Positions 17,164 to 25,526 of a stretch of 32,000 nucleotides of DNA are shown here, one piece after another. The translations under genes and the position numbers were made by a program. Numbering within the stretch: position 1 is the first letter of the stretch; each line of letters opens with the position of its first letter. The stretch is from contig NC_019977.1 in the NCBI RefSeq assembly GCF_000328665.1, positions 1,510,011 through 1,542,010 on the forward strand, read 5' to 3'. The notes below the pieces were generated by a model. That model was not told where the DNA came from. It searched no databases and worked only from the letters and a program-made list of their open reading frames with translations. Source of the DNA: Methanomethylovorans hollandica DSM 15978 (GTDB lineage: Archaea > Halobacteriota > Methanosarcinia > Methanosarcinales > Methanosarcinaceae).

Positions 17164-17817
17164 TCAAAAGTGCAGAAGTTGGACTTCGATCTTATTTTTC
17201 TGTTCATCCTCTTTCATCTCTATAAGTGCGGCATATCCCGAAGCTGCCATACCAGGGTTTACAACTACAGTGCCTTTTGCTCTTACCACCCCTCTTGCCT
17301 CGTGTATGTGCCCGCATACAATAAGTTTCACCCTTCCTATTAAAGCTGAGAAAGATGTGCATCCTACATGCCCGGATGGGATCTCGTCCAGAACTCCATA
17401 TGGAGGAGCATGAGTAAGCAAAACTGTATCCATTTTATCATTTTCTGCAGCTACAATCATTTCTTCGATACCGGATCCGATATCGCACTCCTGCATCTCG
17501 AAAGGTGTACAGAAAGGAGTTGGATTGGAACCTCCTGAACCTATAAATACTGTATCGTTTACCGTGTAGGACTTATGATGGAGGTTCACTGCCTTTGAAC
17601 TGTCAAGCACGTCAAGTATAGAAGGATGGTCACAGTTCCCGGGCACCGCCAGCACAGGTACGTCGAAAAGCTCGAAAAGTTCCAGTGCTTTCTCATCGGG
17701 TCCAAAATTAGTAATATCTCCTGCCACAAGGGCAAGATCAATTTGACCGGCTTGTTCCAGAAGACCTTTTATCTTCAGATAGTTTCCATGAGGATCAGCA
17801 ATTGCGAAAATTCTCAC
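17164..17817 (-). CDS. Calcineurin-like metallophosphoesterase (YfcE/MJ0936-like)
   Basis: The motifs are DPHGN, GDITNFG, VPGNCD, THAPP and CGHIHE. The GTG start is preceded by GAGGTG 9 nt upstream on the minus strand. Confidence 0.85.
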   Translation of the reverse strand: MRIFAIADPHGNYLKIKGLLEQAGQIDLALVAGDITNFGPDEKALELFELFDVPVLAVPGNCDHPSILDVLDSSKAVNLHHKSYTVNDTVFIGSGGSNPTPFCTPFEMQECDIGSGIEEMIVAAENDKMDTVLLTHAPPYGVLDEIPSGHVGCTSFSALIGRVKLIVCGHIHEARGVVRAKGTVVVNPGMAASGYAALIEMKEDEQKNKIEVQLLHF

Positions 17818-17884
17818 TGCCGAAGCACCTCTGCATAGATTGACATTTCTCAGTTCACCTTTTTGTTCTTTTTATATTTTCGTT

Positions 17885-18664
17885 TTAGAAGGATCTGTCG
17901 CCTCCCAGCATTCCACCGATGACTTTGCCACCTATACCACCTATACCACTAGATTCATCATGGCTCTGGTATCTTGCTGCTGCCATTATTCTGTCAGCAA
18001 GCCTGGAGAATGGCAGGCTCTGCAGGAATACTTTTCCAGGACCTTTAAGAGTTGCAAGTACCACGCCTTCACCTCCGAAAAGTGCATTCTTGAACCCCCC
18101 TACAAAACCGATGTTATAGTCAATGCTTTCAGCAAAAGCGCATATACAACCGGTGTCAACTCTTATTACTTCTCCTGCTTTAAGGTCACGCTCTATGATC
18201 GTTCCACCTGCATGGACAAAAGCCAGGCCATCGCCTTTTAGCTTCTGAAGGATAAAACCCTCGCCTCCAAAAAGTCCTGCTCCGAGCTTCTTCGTGAAAG
18301 TTATTTCAATTTCTATCCCCTTTGCTGCACAGAGGAAAGAATCTTTCTGGCAGATAAAACCCCCTCCCAGTTGAGCGAGGTCAAGACAAATGATCTTCCC
18401 CGGATACGGAGCTCCGAAGGCTATATAGCCTTTACCTTCTCCTTCGTGCGTAAAATTAGTAATAAAGAAACTCTCACCTGTGACAGCTCGTTTAAGACCC
18501 TTCAATAAGCCTCCACCTGTAGAAGTTTCCATTTTGATCCCTGGTCCCATGTACATCATGGCACCTGCTTCTGCCCTTACGCTCTCTCTGGGGTCCAGCT
18601 CTATCTCTACAAGTTGCATATCGTTACCAATTATTTTATAATCGATAATATCCGCCATATTCAT
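17885..18664 (-). CDS. AIM24 / TIGR00266-family (DUF124) protein
   Basis: The sequence [44 protein letters not shown], together with the Gly-rich C-terminal tail, is typical of this family. The start was trimmed to ATG 18664 (or 18658, which lies 8 nt after GGAG). The 311-aa ORF-track version would run through the divergent promoter into the next gene. Confidence 0.8.
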   Translation of the reverse strand: MNMADIIDYKIIGNDMQLVEIELDPRESVRAEAGAMMYMGPGIKMETSTGGGLLKGLKRAVTGESFFITNFTHEGEGKGYIAFGAPYPGKIICLDLAQLGGGFICQKDSFLCAAKGIEIEITFTKKLGAGLFGGEGFILQKLKGDGLAFVHAGGTIIERDLKAGEVIRVDTGCICAFAESIDYNIGFVGGFKNALFGGEGVVLATLKGPGKVFLQSLPFSRLADRIMAAARYQSHDESSGIGGIGGKVIGGMLGGDRSF

Positions 18665-18822
18665 CTCTCCTTTTATTAATCTCAGGTCTTTAGCGATACT
18701 ATATACAGTAATGTATAGCTGAAAACTTGAATTCTTTATGTTATTAATGTATAGTTTTAGCTGACGCAAAGATAAAAACTTAATTATATCAGGTGTGCAT
18801 AAGTGACAAGGTGAGATCATCC

Positions 18823-20313
18823 ATGGAGGAAAAAAGGGCAGTTCTTAAAGAAAATGTAAGTATGATCGCTCGGAGTTATCATGGTGTCCTTCTGGATGAA
18901 CTTCGTGCAAAAACCTATGCACAAAAAACGCCTACACTTGATTTTAGCACTCGTCTTAATCCCAAAGGTAATGTTTTCCAGTGTCAAAACGATATTCTGG
19001 ATCTGCATGATCTGATGCATGCTTCCGGGGACCATATATGTCAATACCCGGATAACAGATACCTGGAATTCAGAAATGCTGCAGCAGGCTTTATAGGAAA
19101 AGGCCTGACACATTCAAATATTATACCAGGCAGCGGGACATGTGAGATCATAAGACTTGTTTTGGGATGCACACTTGAAAAAGGGGACATTGTGCTTGTT
19201 CCATTCCCATCTCCTCCGGAGTACATCCGGAATTCTATATTATTCGGGGCACGTGTGATACCTCTTCCTCCTCATGAACTGCTGCTGGCAGAGGATACTG
19301 TCTTGTCATGTGCCAGAGTCATACTGTTATCAAATCCTGGTAACCCCGGAGGTCGCCTTATTTCCAAGAAGGAATTAAGGCTCTTTGCACAGAGGTGTGC
19401 AGAAAACAGGACACTGCTCATTGTGGATGAATCCTGTATTGAACTATCTGATCCATCCCAGACCCTGGCAGGCCATGTATTCGATAATGATTTTATTGTC
19501 GTCGTTCGTTCCATAGCTCATGCGTTTGCCATTCCGGGACTTGCAGCTGCATATGGCATAGCTTCCGAAAAATTAGCCCAGCTTCTTGATAATGTTCGCT
19601 TTCCATGGAGCATTGGCGCACATTCGGACGTATTGTGCACGGCTGTGCTCAATATGGAAGGAGGCACCAATTCAAGGTACCTGGAAGAATCCAGGGAGCT
19701 CATAAGATCTCAGCGTAATTATATGATCAAACGCATAGGGCGTATCCATGGTTTTTCCCCACAGTCCTCGGATGCAAATTATCTTCTTGTGGACCTCAAA
19801 GATCTTTTCATGGATGCACGCACTCTTACAGAAAATCTTGCATTAAAAGGCTTTCTGATAAGGGATTGTAGTGCCTTCTTCCAGGCAGAGAAGCAGTTTG
19901 TGAGGATCGGCCTGCATCTACAGGAGGATGGTGATAGTCTTCTGAAGGCTATAGGCGAGGTTCTTACTGAAACCAGTAAGGAGGGTGCAAGGGAGCGGCT
20001 GGAAGTTACTATTGAAACTGCTGCGACTGGAGACGCTTCTGCCAGCAGGGGCACATGCCAGTATTATCCCTGTCATTTTGAGGAACAGGATTGTACTTTC
20101 TGTTTTTGTCCCTTCTATGCCTGTGAGGACGTACGCACCGGAGGCAAGTGGATAGTGGCATCCAGCGGTAATAAAGTATGGAGTTGTGAGAACTGTACCT
20201 ACATACATCAGTCAAGGTTATCCCGCCAGATACTTGATATCCTTATGGAAGAAGGCGATACAGAGGATAACATAAAGAAGGCTTGGGATTTAATAATAAA
20301 ACCTTTGCTATAA
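18823..20313 (+). CDS. CobD-like (threonine-phosphate decarboxylase / class I-II aminotransferase fold) paralog lacking the PLP lysine, fused to a Cys-rich small domain
   Basis: ATG 18823 lies 8 nt after AGGTGA. It aligns along its full length with the next gene, sharing [26 protein letters not shown] and LIRDCS.F. It reads [16 protein letters not shown] where the paralog has SLTKAFAIPGIRMGFG. The C-terminal 8-Cys block spans 20056-20196. Confidence 0.85.
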   Translation: MEEKRAVLKENVSMIARSYHGVLLDELRAKTYAQKTPTLDFSTRLNPKGNVFQCQNDILDLHDLMHASGDHICQYPDNRYLEFRNAAAGFIGKGLTHSNIIPGSGTCEIIRLVLGCTLEKGDIVLVPFPSPPEYIRNSILFGARVIPLPPHELLLAEDTVLSCARVILLSNPGNPGGRLISKKELRLFAQRCAENRTLLIVDESCIELSDPSQTLAGHVFDNDFIVVVRSIAHAFAIPGLAAAYGIASEKLAQLLDNVRFPWSIGAHSDVLCTAVLNMEGGTNSRYLEESRELIRSQRNYMIKRIGRIHGFSPQSSDANYLLVDLKDLFMDARTLTENLALKGFLIRDCSAFFQAEKQFVRIGLHLQEDGDSLLKAIGEVLTETSKEGARERLEVTIETAATGDASASRGTCQYYPCHFEEQDCTFCFCPFYACEDVRTGGKWIVASSGNKVWSCENCTYIHQSRLSRQILDILMEEGDTEDNIKKAWDLIIKPLL

Positions 20314-20438
20314 TTAATGTTATCTTTCTGACATACAAAAATAAAGCAACAAAAGCTTAACACAACTTTAATTTAATTGGGTTAAGCTTAATTGAATAAC
20401 TTAATATAGGTCTTGTTGCCTAAAAAAAAGCGATAACT

Positions 20439-21944
20439 GTGTCAAGACAAACAAAATTTATCCCGGTCAGAGAACATCTGCTAAAGGTCCAGCCATGTAA
20501 ACACGGAGGTCTGGTGAAGAAAACATCCCAGCAATACGGCATACCGGAATCCCAACTACTGGATGCAAGTGCCAGTCTTAACCCATACGGTACTCCTTTT
20601 GATCATCCATACACCGGGCTTGATATGGACAATATATTACATACTGCCCTTAAGAGGATGGGGCAATACCCTGACAATCGTTACCTGGAATTCAGGGATG
20701 CAGCAGCCCGTTTCATAGGGAAGGGCATGACAGCGGAAAATATAATCCCAGGCAATGGTTCCTCAGAGATAATCCGCCTGGTGGCAGAGACGGTTATAGA
20801 GAAAGAAGATATAGTACTCATTCCATCTCCTACTTTCAGCGAATATGAACAGCAATGCAGCATATTCGGAGCTGAGGTCCGATACATTGAGCAGGAGATG
20901 CTTCCGGATGTCCCCGTTGAGATCTTAAAGGGGGCCAGGCTTCTTTTCGTGTGTAATCCCAATAATCCCACTGGCAGATTATTCTGCCGGGAAGAACTCG
21001 AGGCCCTCATTGACAAATGCCGGGATAACAATGTGGTCCTTTTTGTTGATGAAGCTTTTATAGAACTGGCTGATCCTTCACAGACCATTGTGGACCTGGT
21101 GGAAGCCAATGATCATCTGTTCATCCAGCGTTCCCTTACCAAGGCATTTGCTATCCCTGGCATCAGAATGGGCTTTGGTGTCGCTTCTGTAAAGATAGCA
21201 ACATTGCTTAATAATGCACGGCTTTCCTGGAACCTGGGATGCGTGGCAGAAGAGGTAAGCACTGTGCTTATGAATATGGAAGGCGGATGTTATAGCCGTT
21301 ATCTTGTGGAATCCAGGGAAATGATATCCAGAGAGAGGGAGTTCCTTATGCAAAAACTGGAACGCCGTGGATTTAAGCCCCTTGAAAGCACTGTTAACTT
21401 TATTTATGTGGATATAAGCGATCTGTCCATGGATTCCACAGAATTGACCGAAAGGATGTCAGCTCACGGTGTACTGATAAGGGATTGCAGTTCTTTCCAG
21501 GATATTGGAAAACATCATATACGCATAGCCGTACGCACAAGAGAGGAAAATGAGCGGATAATGGACTGCATAAGACAGGTCATTCAGGAATGGGGAAGAG
21601 AACAGGCAATCCTTTATCTGGAGCGCAATCTGGCAAAGGCCAGGGAGAAAGGGCCACTGGGAAGCAACAGGGAATGCAATTACTATCCTTGCCATTTTGA
21701 AGGACAGGACTGTACTTTTTGTTTCTGCCCTTTCTATCCGTGTCAGGATGAGCGTACAGATGGTAAGTGGATAACCGGTTCAAGTGGTAATGATGTATGG
21801 AGCTGTCTGGAATGCAGGCTGGTGCATGAATCCAATGTGATTGAAAAGATGTTGTCGGTGCTCACTGCCGAGGGCTGTACTGAGGAAGGGCTTAAGAAGG
21901 CATGGTCAAAGGTCATGGAGCCTATATTATGTTCTTCACGATAG
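20439..21944 (+). CDS. cobD: L-threonine-O-3-phosphate decarboxylase CobD with a C-terminal Cys-rich small domain (Methanosarcina-type)
   Basis: GTG start. The motifs are HGG, NPNNPTG, DEAF and SLTKAFAIPGIRMG, with the PLP Lys codon at 21141-21143. The C-terminal [23 protein letters not shown]...CLEC block spans 21675-21815. The gene overlaps cbiB. Confidence 0.85.
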   Translation: MSRQTKFIPVREHLLKVQPCKHGGLVKKTSQQYGIPESQLLDASASLNPYGTPFDHPYTGLDMDNILHTALKRMGQYPDNRYLEFRDAAARFIGKGMTAENIIPGNGSSEIIRLVAETVIEKEDIVLIPSPTFSEYEQQCSIFGAEVRYIEQEMLPDVPVEILKGARLLFVCNPNNPTGRLFCREELEALIDKCRDNNVVLFVDEAFIELADPSQTIVDLVEANDHLFIQRSLTKAFAIPGIRMGFGVASVKIATLLNNARLSWNLGCVAEEVSTVLMNMEGGCYSRYLVESREMISREREFLMQKLERRGFKPLESTVNFIYVDISDLSMDSTELTERMSAHGVLIRDCSSFQDIGKHHIRIAVRTREENERIMDCIRQVIQEWGREQAILYLERNLAKAREKGPLGSNRECNYYPCHFEGQDCTFCFCPFYPCQDERTDGKWITGSSGNDVWSCLECRLVHESNVIEKMLSVLTAEGCTEEGLKKAWSKVMEPILCSSR

Positions 21945-22924
21945 CTACACTCGATCTGATCGTTGTACTGCTCCTGGCTTTTATCATTGATCTGGTACTA
22001 GGGGAGCCACCTTTTGCCATACATCCTGTTGTATGGATAGGCAATCTTATATCATTTTTTAAGCGCAGGGCGCCTTTAGCAAATAGAAGGCTCTATGGTA
22101 TCTTTATGGCATTGTGTTGCATTCTCTTCGCTGCTTTTATTGGTATTGTTGCTACTTTGATACTAGATACTGAAAGCATACCTGCATTGATCCGATATCT
22201 TGTGGCAGCCTGGTTCCTGAAGATGACCTTTGCCATACGCTGCCTTATGGATGCCGGTAAAGAAGTGTATGAAAAACTTGCGGTAGGTGATCTGGATGAA
22301 GCAAGGAAGAAACTGTCCATGTATGTGAGCAGGAACACTTCGCAATTAACTGAAGAGCAGGTATCATCTGCAGTGATCGAGACATCATCTGAGAACTTCG
22401 TTGATGGTATACTTTCTCCGTTGTTCTACTTTGCGTTATTCGGACCGCTGGGGATAATAGCAGCATACGTATTCAAAGCCACCAGTACCCTTGATTCCAT
22501 GGTGGGTTACAAGGATCCCCAATACCTGCATCTTGGCTGGTTCTCTGCAAGGTTCGATGATATATTGAACTGGATACCTGCCCGTCTTTCTTTGTTACCC
22601 ATATCCATAGCTGCTGTTATACTAAGCCTGATTCCAGCCTTTTCAAGATCTCTTGATCCGGTGAATACCGTCAGGTACTCCATTAAGGATGGGAGAAAAA
22701 CCCCGTCACCCAATTCCGGTTATCCGATGGCGGCTTTTGCAGGAGCTATGAGTATTCGCCTTGAGAAACCCAAAGTGTATGTGCTGGCAGCAGAGAATCC
22801 TTATCCTAAGTTCTTTCACATTAAACTTACACGCAGCCTTGTTCTGAGCTCTTCTTTGATCTCTGTGCTGATGTGCGCTTCCTTGCTTTACATTATTATG
22901 GATCGTTTCTATGTATTATATTAA
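21929..22924 (+). CDS. cbiB: Adenosylcobinamide-phosphate synthase CbiB
   Basis: LGEPPFAIHPVVWIGNLI is the CbiB/CobD membrane-protein signature, and the protein is multi-pass hydrophobic. ATG 21929 lies 8 nt after GGAG and overlaps the cobD stop by 16 nt. An alternative ATG is at 21902. Confidence 0.9.
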   Translation: MFFTIATLDLIVVLLLAFIIDLVLGEPPFAIHPVVWIGNLISFFKRRAPLANRRLYGIFMALCCILFAAFIGIVATLILDTESIPALIRYLVAAWFLKMTFAIRCLMDAGKEVYEKLAVGDLDEARKKLSMYVSRNTSQLTEEQVSSAVIETSSENFVDGILSPLFYFALFGPLGIIAAYVFKATSTLDSMVGYKDPQYLHLGWFSARFDDILNWIPARLSLLPISIAAVILSLIPAFSRSLDPVNTVRYSIKDGRKTPSPNSGYPMAAFAGAMSIRLEKPKVYVLAAENPYPKFFHIKLTRSLVLSSSLISVLMCASLLYIIMDRFYVLY

Positions 22925-22939
22925 AGCCTGACCAAAGTG

Positions 22940-23545
22940 ATGAGTATGAAACTATCAGATATCAAAAATACCGATATGAAAAAAGACCAGTCAAAGGAAC
23001 TGGAAGGTGATGTGACCGTAGATATAAGGGATATTCTTAAGGAAGAGGGTATCACTGTAAAGATGCTTATCGATACGGCACTTGAGCTATATGTTCCACA
23101 TCCCGGGATAGAGACAAGGGAAAAGGCAGAAGAAGTGTTTTTGCGGGAACTGGATCTGGCCTTGTCCGATCCGAACCTTTGTCTTCTCATATATGCCGGT
23201 ATACTGCTGGAAAAAGAAGGACGCAGAGGTCATCTTCCTAACATCAGCAGAAAATCCTATGAAGGAGACCTTACTTTCATAATAGCTGACGAAGTTATTG
23301 GGATGAGTATTTCCAGGTACATCAGTGGTGACAAGGGCACTTTTGAATTTGTAAGGTTCGATAAGCAAAAACCGGGCATTCTTTCAAAGCTAGGTCCTTT
23401 CATGGACGATGTCATAGGCGGGCTTATTGGTGGTGTTTCCGCAAACATGTATACCAGGAGCATGGCAGACCTCGGTGCAAATAAGGAAGACAAAAGCGAT
23501 AAAAATAACAAAAGTAGTGATAATAGTGGTGTGATCGCAGGATGA
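22940..23545 (+). CDS. cobZ: Probable alpha-ribazole-5'-phosphate phosphatase CobZ (PgpA-like family)
   Basis: It sits between cbiB and cobS, as in Methanosarcina cobamide clusters. FMDDVIGGLIGGV resembles the PgpA-type DD..aG motif. Its ATGA stop/start overlaps cobS. The K/D/N/S-rich C-terminal tail is unusual. Alternative starts are at 22937 and 22946. Confidence 0.55.
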   Translation: MSMKLSDIKNTDMKKDQSKELEGDVTVDIRDILKEEGITVKMLIDTALELYVPHPGIETREKAEEVFLRELDLALSDPNLCLLIYAGILLEKEGRRGHLPNISRKSYEGDLTFIIADEVIGMSISRYISGDKGTFEFVRFDKQKPGILSKLGPFMDDVIGGLIGGVSANMYTRSMADLGANKEDKSDKNNKSSDNSGVIAG

Positions 23546-24372
23546 ACGATTTCTTTCTGGCATTAAGGTCCGGTTTTGGTTTTCTCTCCACTGTTCCGGT
23601 AGGATTGACAATGGAGGGTCTGGACGAGTTCTTCAAGCGGACCTATTTGCATATTCTCGTAGGTGCTGTGTTAGGTTTACTTATGGGTATGTTCGCTTTC
23701 TTGGCCATGATGACATTGCCACAGCAGATAAGCGCTATATTGATAGTCATCTTTGTATACTATCTTACAGGTCTTAACCATCTTGATGGACTTGCAGATT
23801 TCGGAGATGGTGTAACTGCTCATGGATCGTTGGAAAAGAAGATCCGTGCTCTTAAGGATGTTGCACTTGGCATAGGAGGTGTAGGATTCTGTGCAATGGG
23901 TATTCTGGCATTATATGCCTCGATCGTTTGCCTTCAATCAGAAGCCGTTATATTGGCTAATAGTAGTATGCGGACTGCCGCTGCTATCCTGCTGTCCTCC
24001 ATACTGATAGCAGAAATATCTGCTATGCAGTGCATGCTCACAATAGCAGCCTTCGGTAAGTCTATCCATGAAGGATTGGGTTCTATTCTGGTACAGAATA
24101 CGACTATCCCGAAATATGTTGTGGGACTATCGGGTTCAGTTGTAATATGTGCTATCGCCCTGCAGCCTTTCGGACTTTGGTATGGAGGACTTATTGCCCT
24201 TATAGCTGCTATCATTTCAGCATTTGTCGTATTGAACATCAGTAACAGGCATTTTGGCGGGATGAACGGGGATGTGATCGGCACTTCCAACGAGGTAGGG
24301 AGAACTATCGCTCTTATAACTATTGTATTGATATTGAGCTATCATAACGGAGGGATTCCATGGATGCTATAA
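23542..24372 (+). CDS. cobS: Adenosylcobinamide-GDP ribazoletransferase (cobalamin-5'-phosphate synthase) CobS
   Basis: The signature is HLDGLADFGDG. The protein is a polytopic membrane protein of ~276 aa. The gene overlaps both neighbours. Confidence 0.9.
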   Translation: MNDFFLALRSGFGFLSTVPVGLTMEGLDEFFKRTYLHILVGAVLGLLMGMFAFLAMMTLPQQISAILIVIFVYYLTGLNHLDGLADFGDGVTAHGSLEKKIRALKDVALGIGGVGFCAMGILALYASIVCLQSEAVILANSSMRTAAAILLSSILIAEISAMQCMLTIAAFGKSIHEGLGSILVQNTTIPKYVVGLSGSVVICAIALQPFGLWYGGLIALIAAIISAFVVLNISNRHFGGMNGDVIGTSNEVGRTIALITIVLILSYHNGGIPWML

Positions 24373-24983
24373 TTATGGCCGGAGGTTTGGGGAGCAGGCT
24401 TGGTATGGGGGAGAAGCCCTGTGTGAGTTTGCTGGACAAACCGTTGATAACTTATGTTATAGACGCTTTGCACGAAGCTTCCGGGATAGACAAGGTATAT
24501 GTTGCTGTATCCCCTGCCACTCCTCTGACACAGAGCTTCCTTAAGAAGAAGTATAATGGCGAGGTAAGATCTATCATGACCGGCGGAGGCAATTATGTAG
24601 GTGATATGATATATGCCGTAAAAGAGGCGGCTATAAATGCTCCTGTCATGATAATTATGGCCGATCTGCCATTGCTTAATGGTAAGCATATTGACTATGT
24701 TATCGAAGAATATGAAAAATGTGGGAAACCTGCAATGTCGGTTTTCTCTCCCCTGGCAGTATGTAAAGGCCTTTCAGTAAGGCCGGATACGGTCTTTAAC
24801 TGGGGGGGTGAACTGATAGTGCCCAGTGGTGTAAATATCATTGATGGCAGTAATGTTGAGCAGGAACAGGATTATGAGAGTCTGGTGAGCCAAGAAGCTG
24901 CTTTTGCATTGAACATAAACCGTGCCGAAGATCTGCACAGATGCAAAGAGATAATAGAACAAAGACTATTATCCCGGTCATGA
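24360..24983 (+). CDS. cobY: Adenosylcobinamide-phosphate guanylyltransferase CobY (archaeal type, MobA-like NTP transferase)
   Basis: MDAIIMAGGLGSRLG...EKP is a nucleotidyl-transferase P-loop-like motif. The protein is ~207 aa and lies in the cobamide-cluster position. It overlaps cobS by 13 nt. Confidence 0.8.
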   Translation: MDAIIMAGGLGSRLGMGEKPCVSLLDKPLITYVIDALHEASGIDKVYVAVSPATPLTQSFLKKKYNGEVRSIMTGGGNYVGDMIYAVKEAAINAPVMIIMADLPLLNGKHIDYVIEEYEKCGKPAMSVFSPLAVCKGLSVRPDTVFNWGGELIVPSGVNIIDGSNVEQEQDYESLVSQEAAFALNINRAEDLHRCKEIIEQRLLSRS

Positions 24984-25016
24984 TCTTCATTTTATATGAT
25001 CAGTGAGGTATATGTG

Positions 25017-25382
25017 ATGTCCACAGCAGGAAAAATAGTCTTGGCAGGGAAGGAATATTCTCTTGATACATTGAAGGTGATCACTGGACATTCGGTACTC
25101 AAAGACACCGGGTCAATATCCGATGAATTGCTTATTCTGTGCAGTGTGATAGATAATCCTTATCTTTTACCTTATTTTCTTGAGACTTTCTATTCAATGC
25201 AGCTTAGGGATGAGAATGCGTTCCATTTTGCCTTGCTCAGGATACAGGTCGATTCGCAACTGCGTATGAATGAGGATATCCAGAAGTATCAGCACCGCAT
25301 GTATGCTGCAAGAACGCTGGAAAAATTGCTTTTCAATGAACTTCTGCTTGAGACACTTGCTGTCCAGGATATTATGGAGTGA
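25017..25382 (+). CDS. Hypothetical protein (121 aa), last gene of the cobamide operon
   Basis: ATG 25017 lies 7 nt after GAGGT (25005-25009). ATG 24996 is an alternative start. No motif was recognised. The gene is followed by a weak hairpin and a T7 run. Confidence 0.6.
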   Translation: MSTAGKIVLAGKEYSLDTLKVITGHSVLKDTGSISDELLILCSVIDNPYLLPYFLETFYSMQLRDENAFHFALLRIQVDSQLRMNEDIQKYQHRMYAARTLEKLLFNELLLETLAVQDIME

Positions 25383-25405
25383 CATTTCTTTCAAAGGGTA
25401 CATGC

Positions 25406-25447
25406 CCGTAAATGCATCTGTATTACGGTGATGAACTATCTTTTTTT
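25406..25447 (+). terminator. Weak hairpin plus T7 tract ending the cobamide operon
   Basis: CCGTAA (25406-25411) pairs with TTACGG (25423-25428) around an 11-nt loop. TTTTTTT follows at 25441-25447. Confidence 0.4.
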
Positions 25448-25526
25448 CTTAAAACACAGAACAAAGCATTTAAATTGAATACCGCAATAGGTGAACATCT
25501 AATAATCATGCTTATGGAGACTTCCT

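Noticed and set aside
16553-17225. Plus-strand ORFs (179 aa and 123 aa) antisense to the lipoprotein gene.
   Set aside because: They are generated by the repetitive acidic linker read on the opposite strand. The minus-strand ORF has SD, signal peptide, lipobox and a folded-domain pattern.
17885-18820. 311-aa version of the AIM24-family ORF, extending 52 codons upstream into the divergent promoter and overlapping the 5' end of the cobD-like ORF.
   Set aside because: The extension ([20 protein letters not shown]...) is AT-rich promoter DNA with no family similarity. The family-typical N-terminus ([10 protein letters not shown]) begins right after ATG 18664/18658, which has a GGAG upstream.
18793-18822. 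GTG 18793 as the start of the cobD-like gene.
   Set aside because: ATG 18823 is preceded by AGGTGA at optimal spacing. The GTG start would overlap the long AIM24 ORF version and sits in the promoter region.
18665-18822. Cobalamin riboswitch or other leader RNA upstream of the cobamide operon. The 20314-20438 spacer was also checked.
   Set aside because: The leaders are short (TATA-like boxes within ~35-45 nt of the start codons). I see no B12-box-like GCCACTG core or multi-stem GC-rich structure. A covariance-model scan would be needed for certainty.
20681-21109. 142-aa minus-strand ORF inside cobD. Similar antisense ORFs lie inside cobS (23934-24290), ileS (26138-26714, 27533-27893) and cbiB.
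   Set aside because: All are antisense to genes with strong family signatures. None has a recognisable motif or start signal.
25428-25434. GTGATGA (C-box-like) in the cobamide-operon / ileS spacer as a possible C/D-box sRNA.
   Set aside because: There is no CTGA D-box within the following ~80 nt and no terminal stem. The motif sits between a hairpin and the T7 terminator tract.
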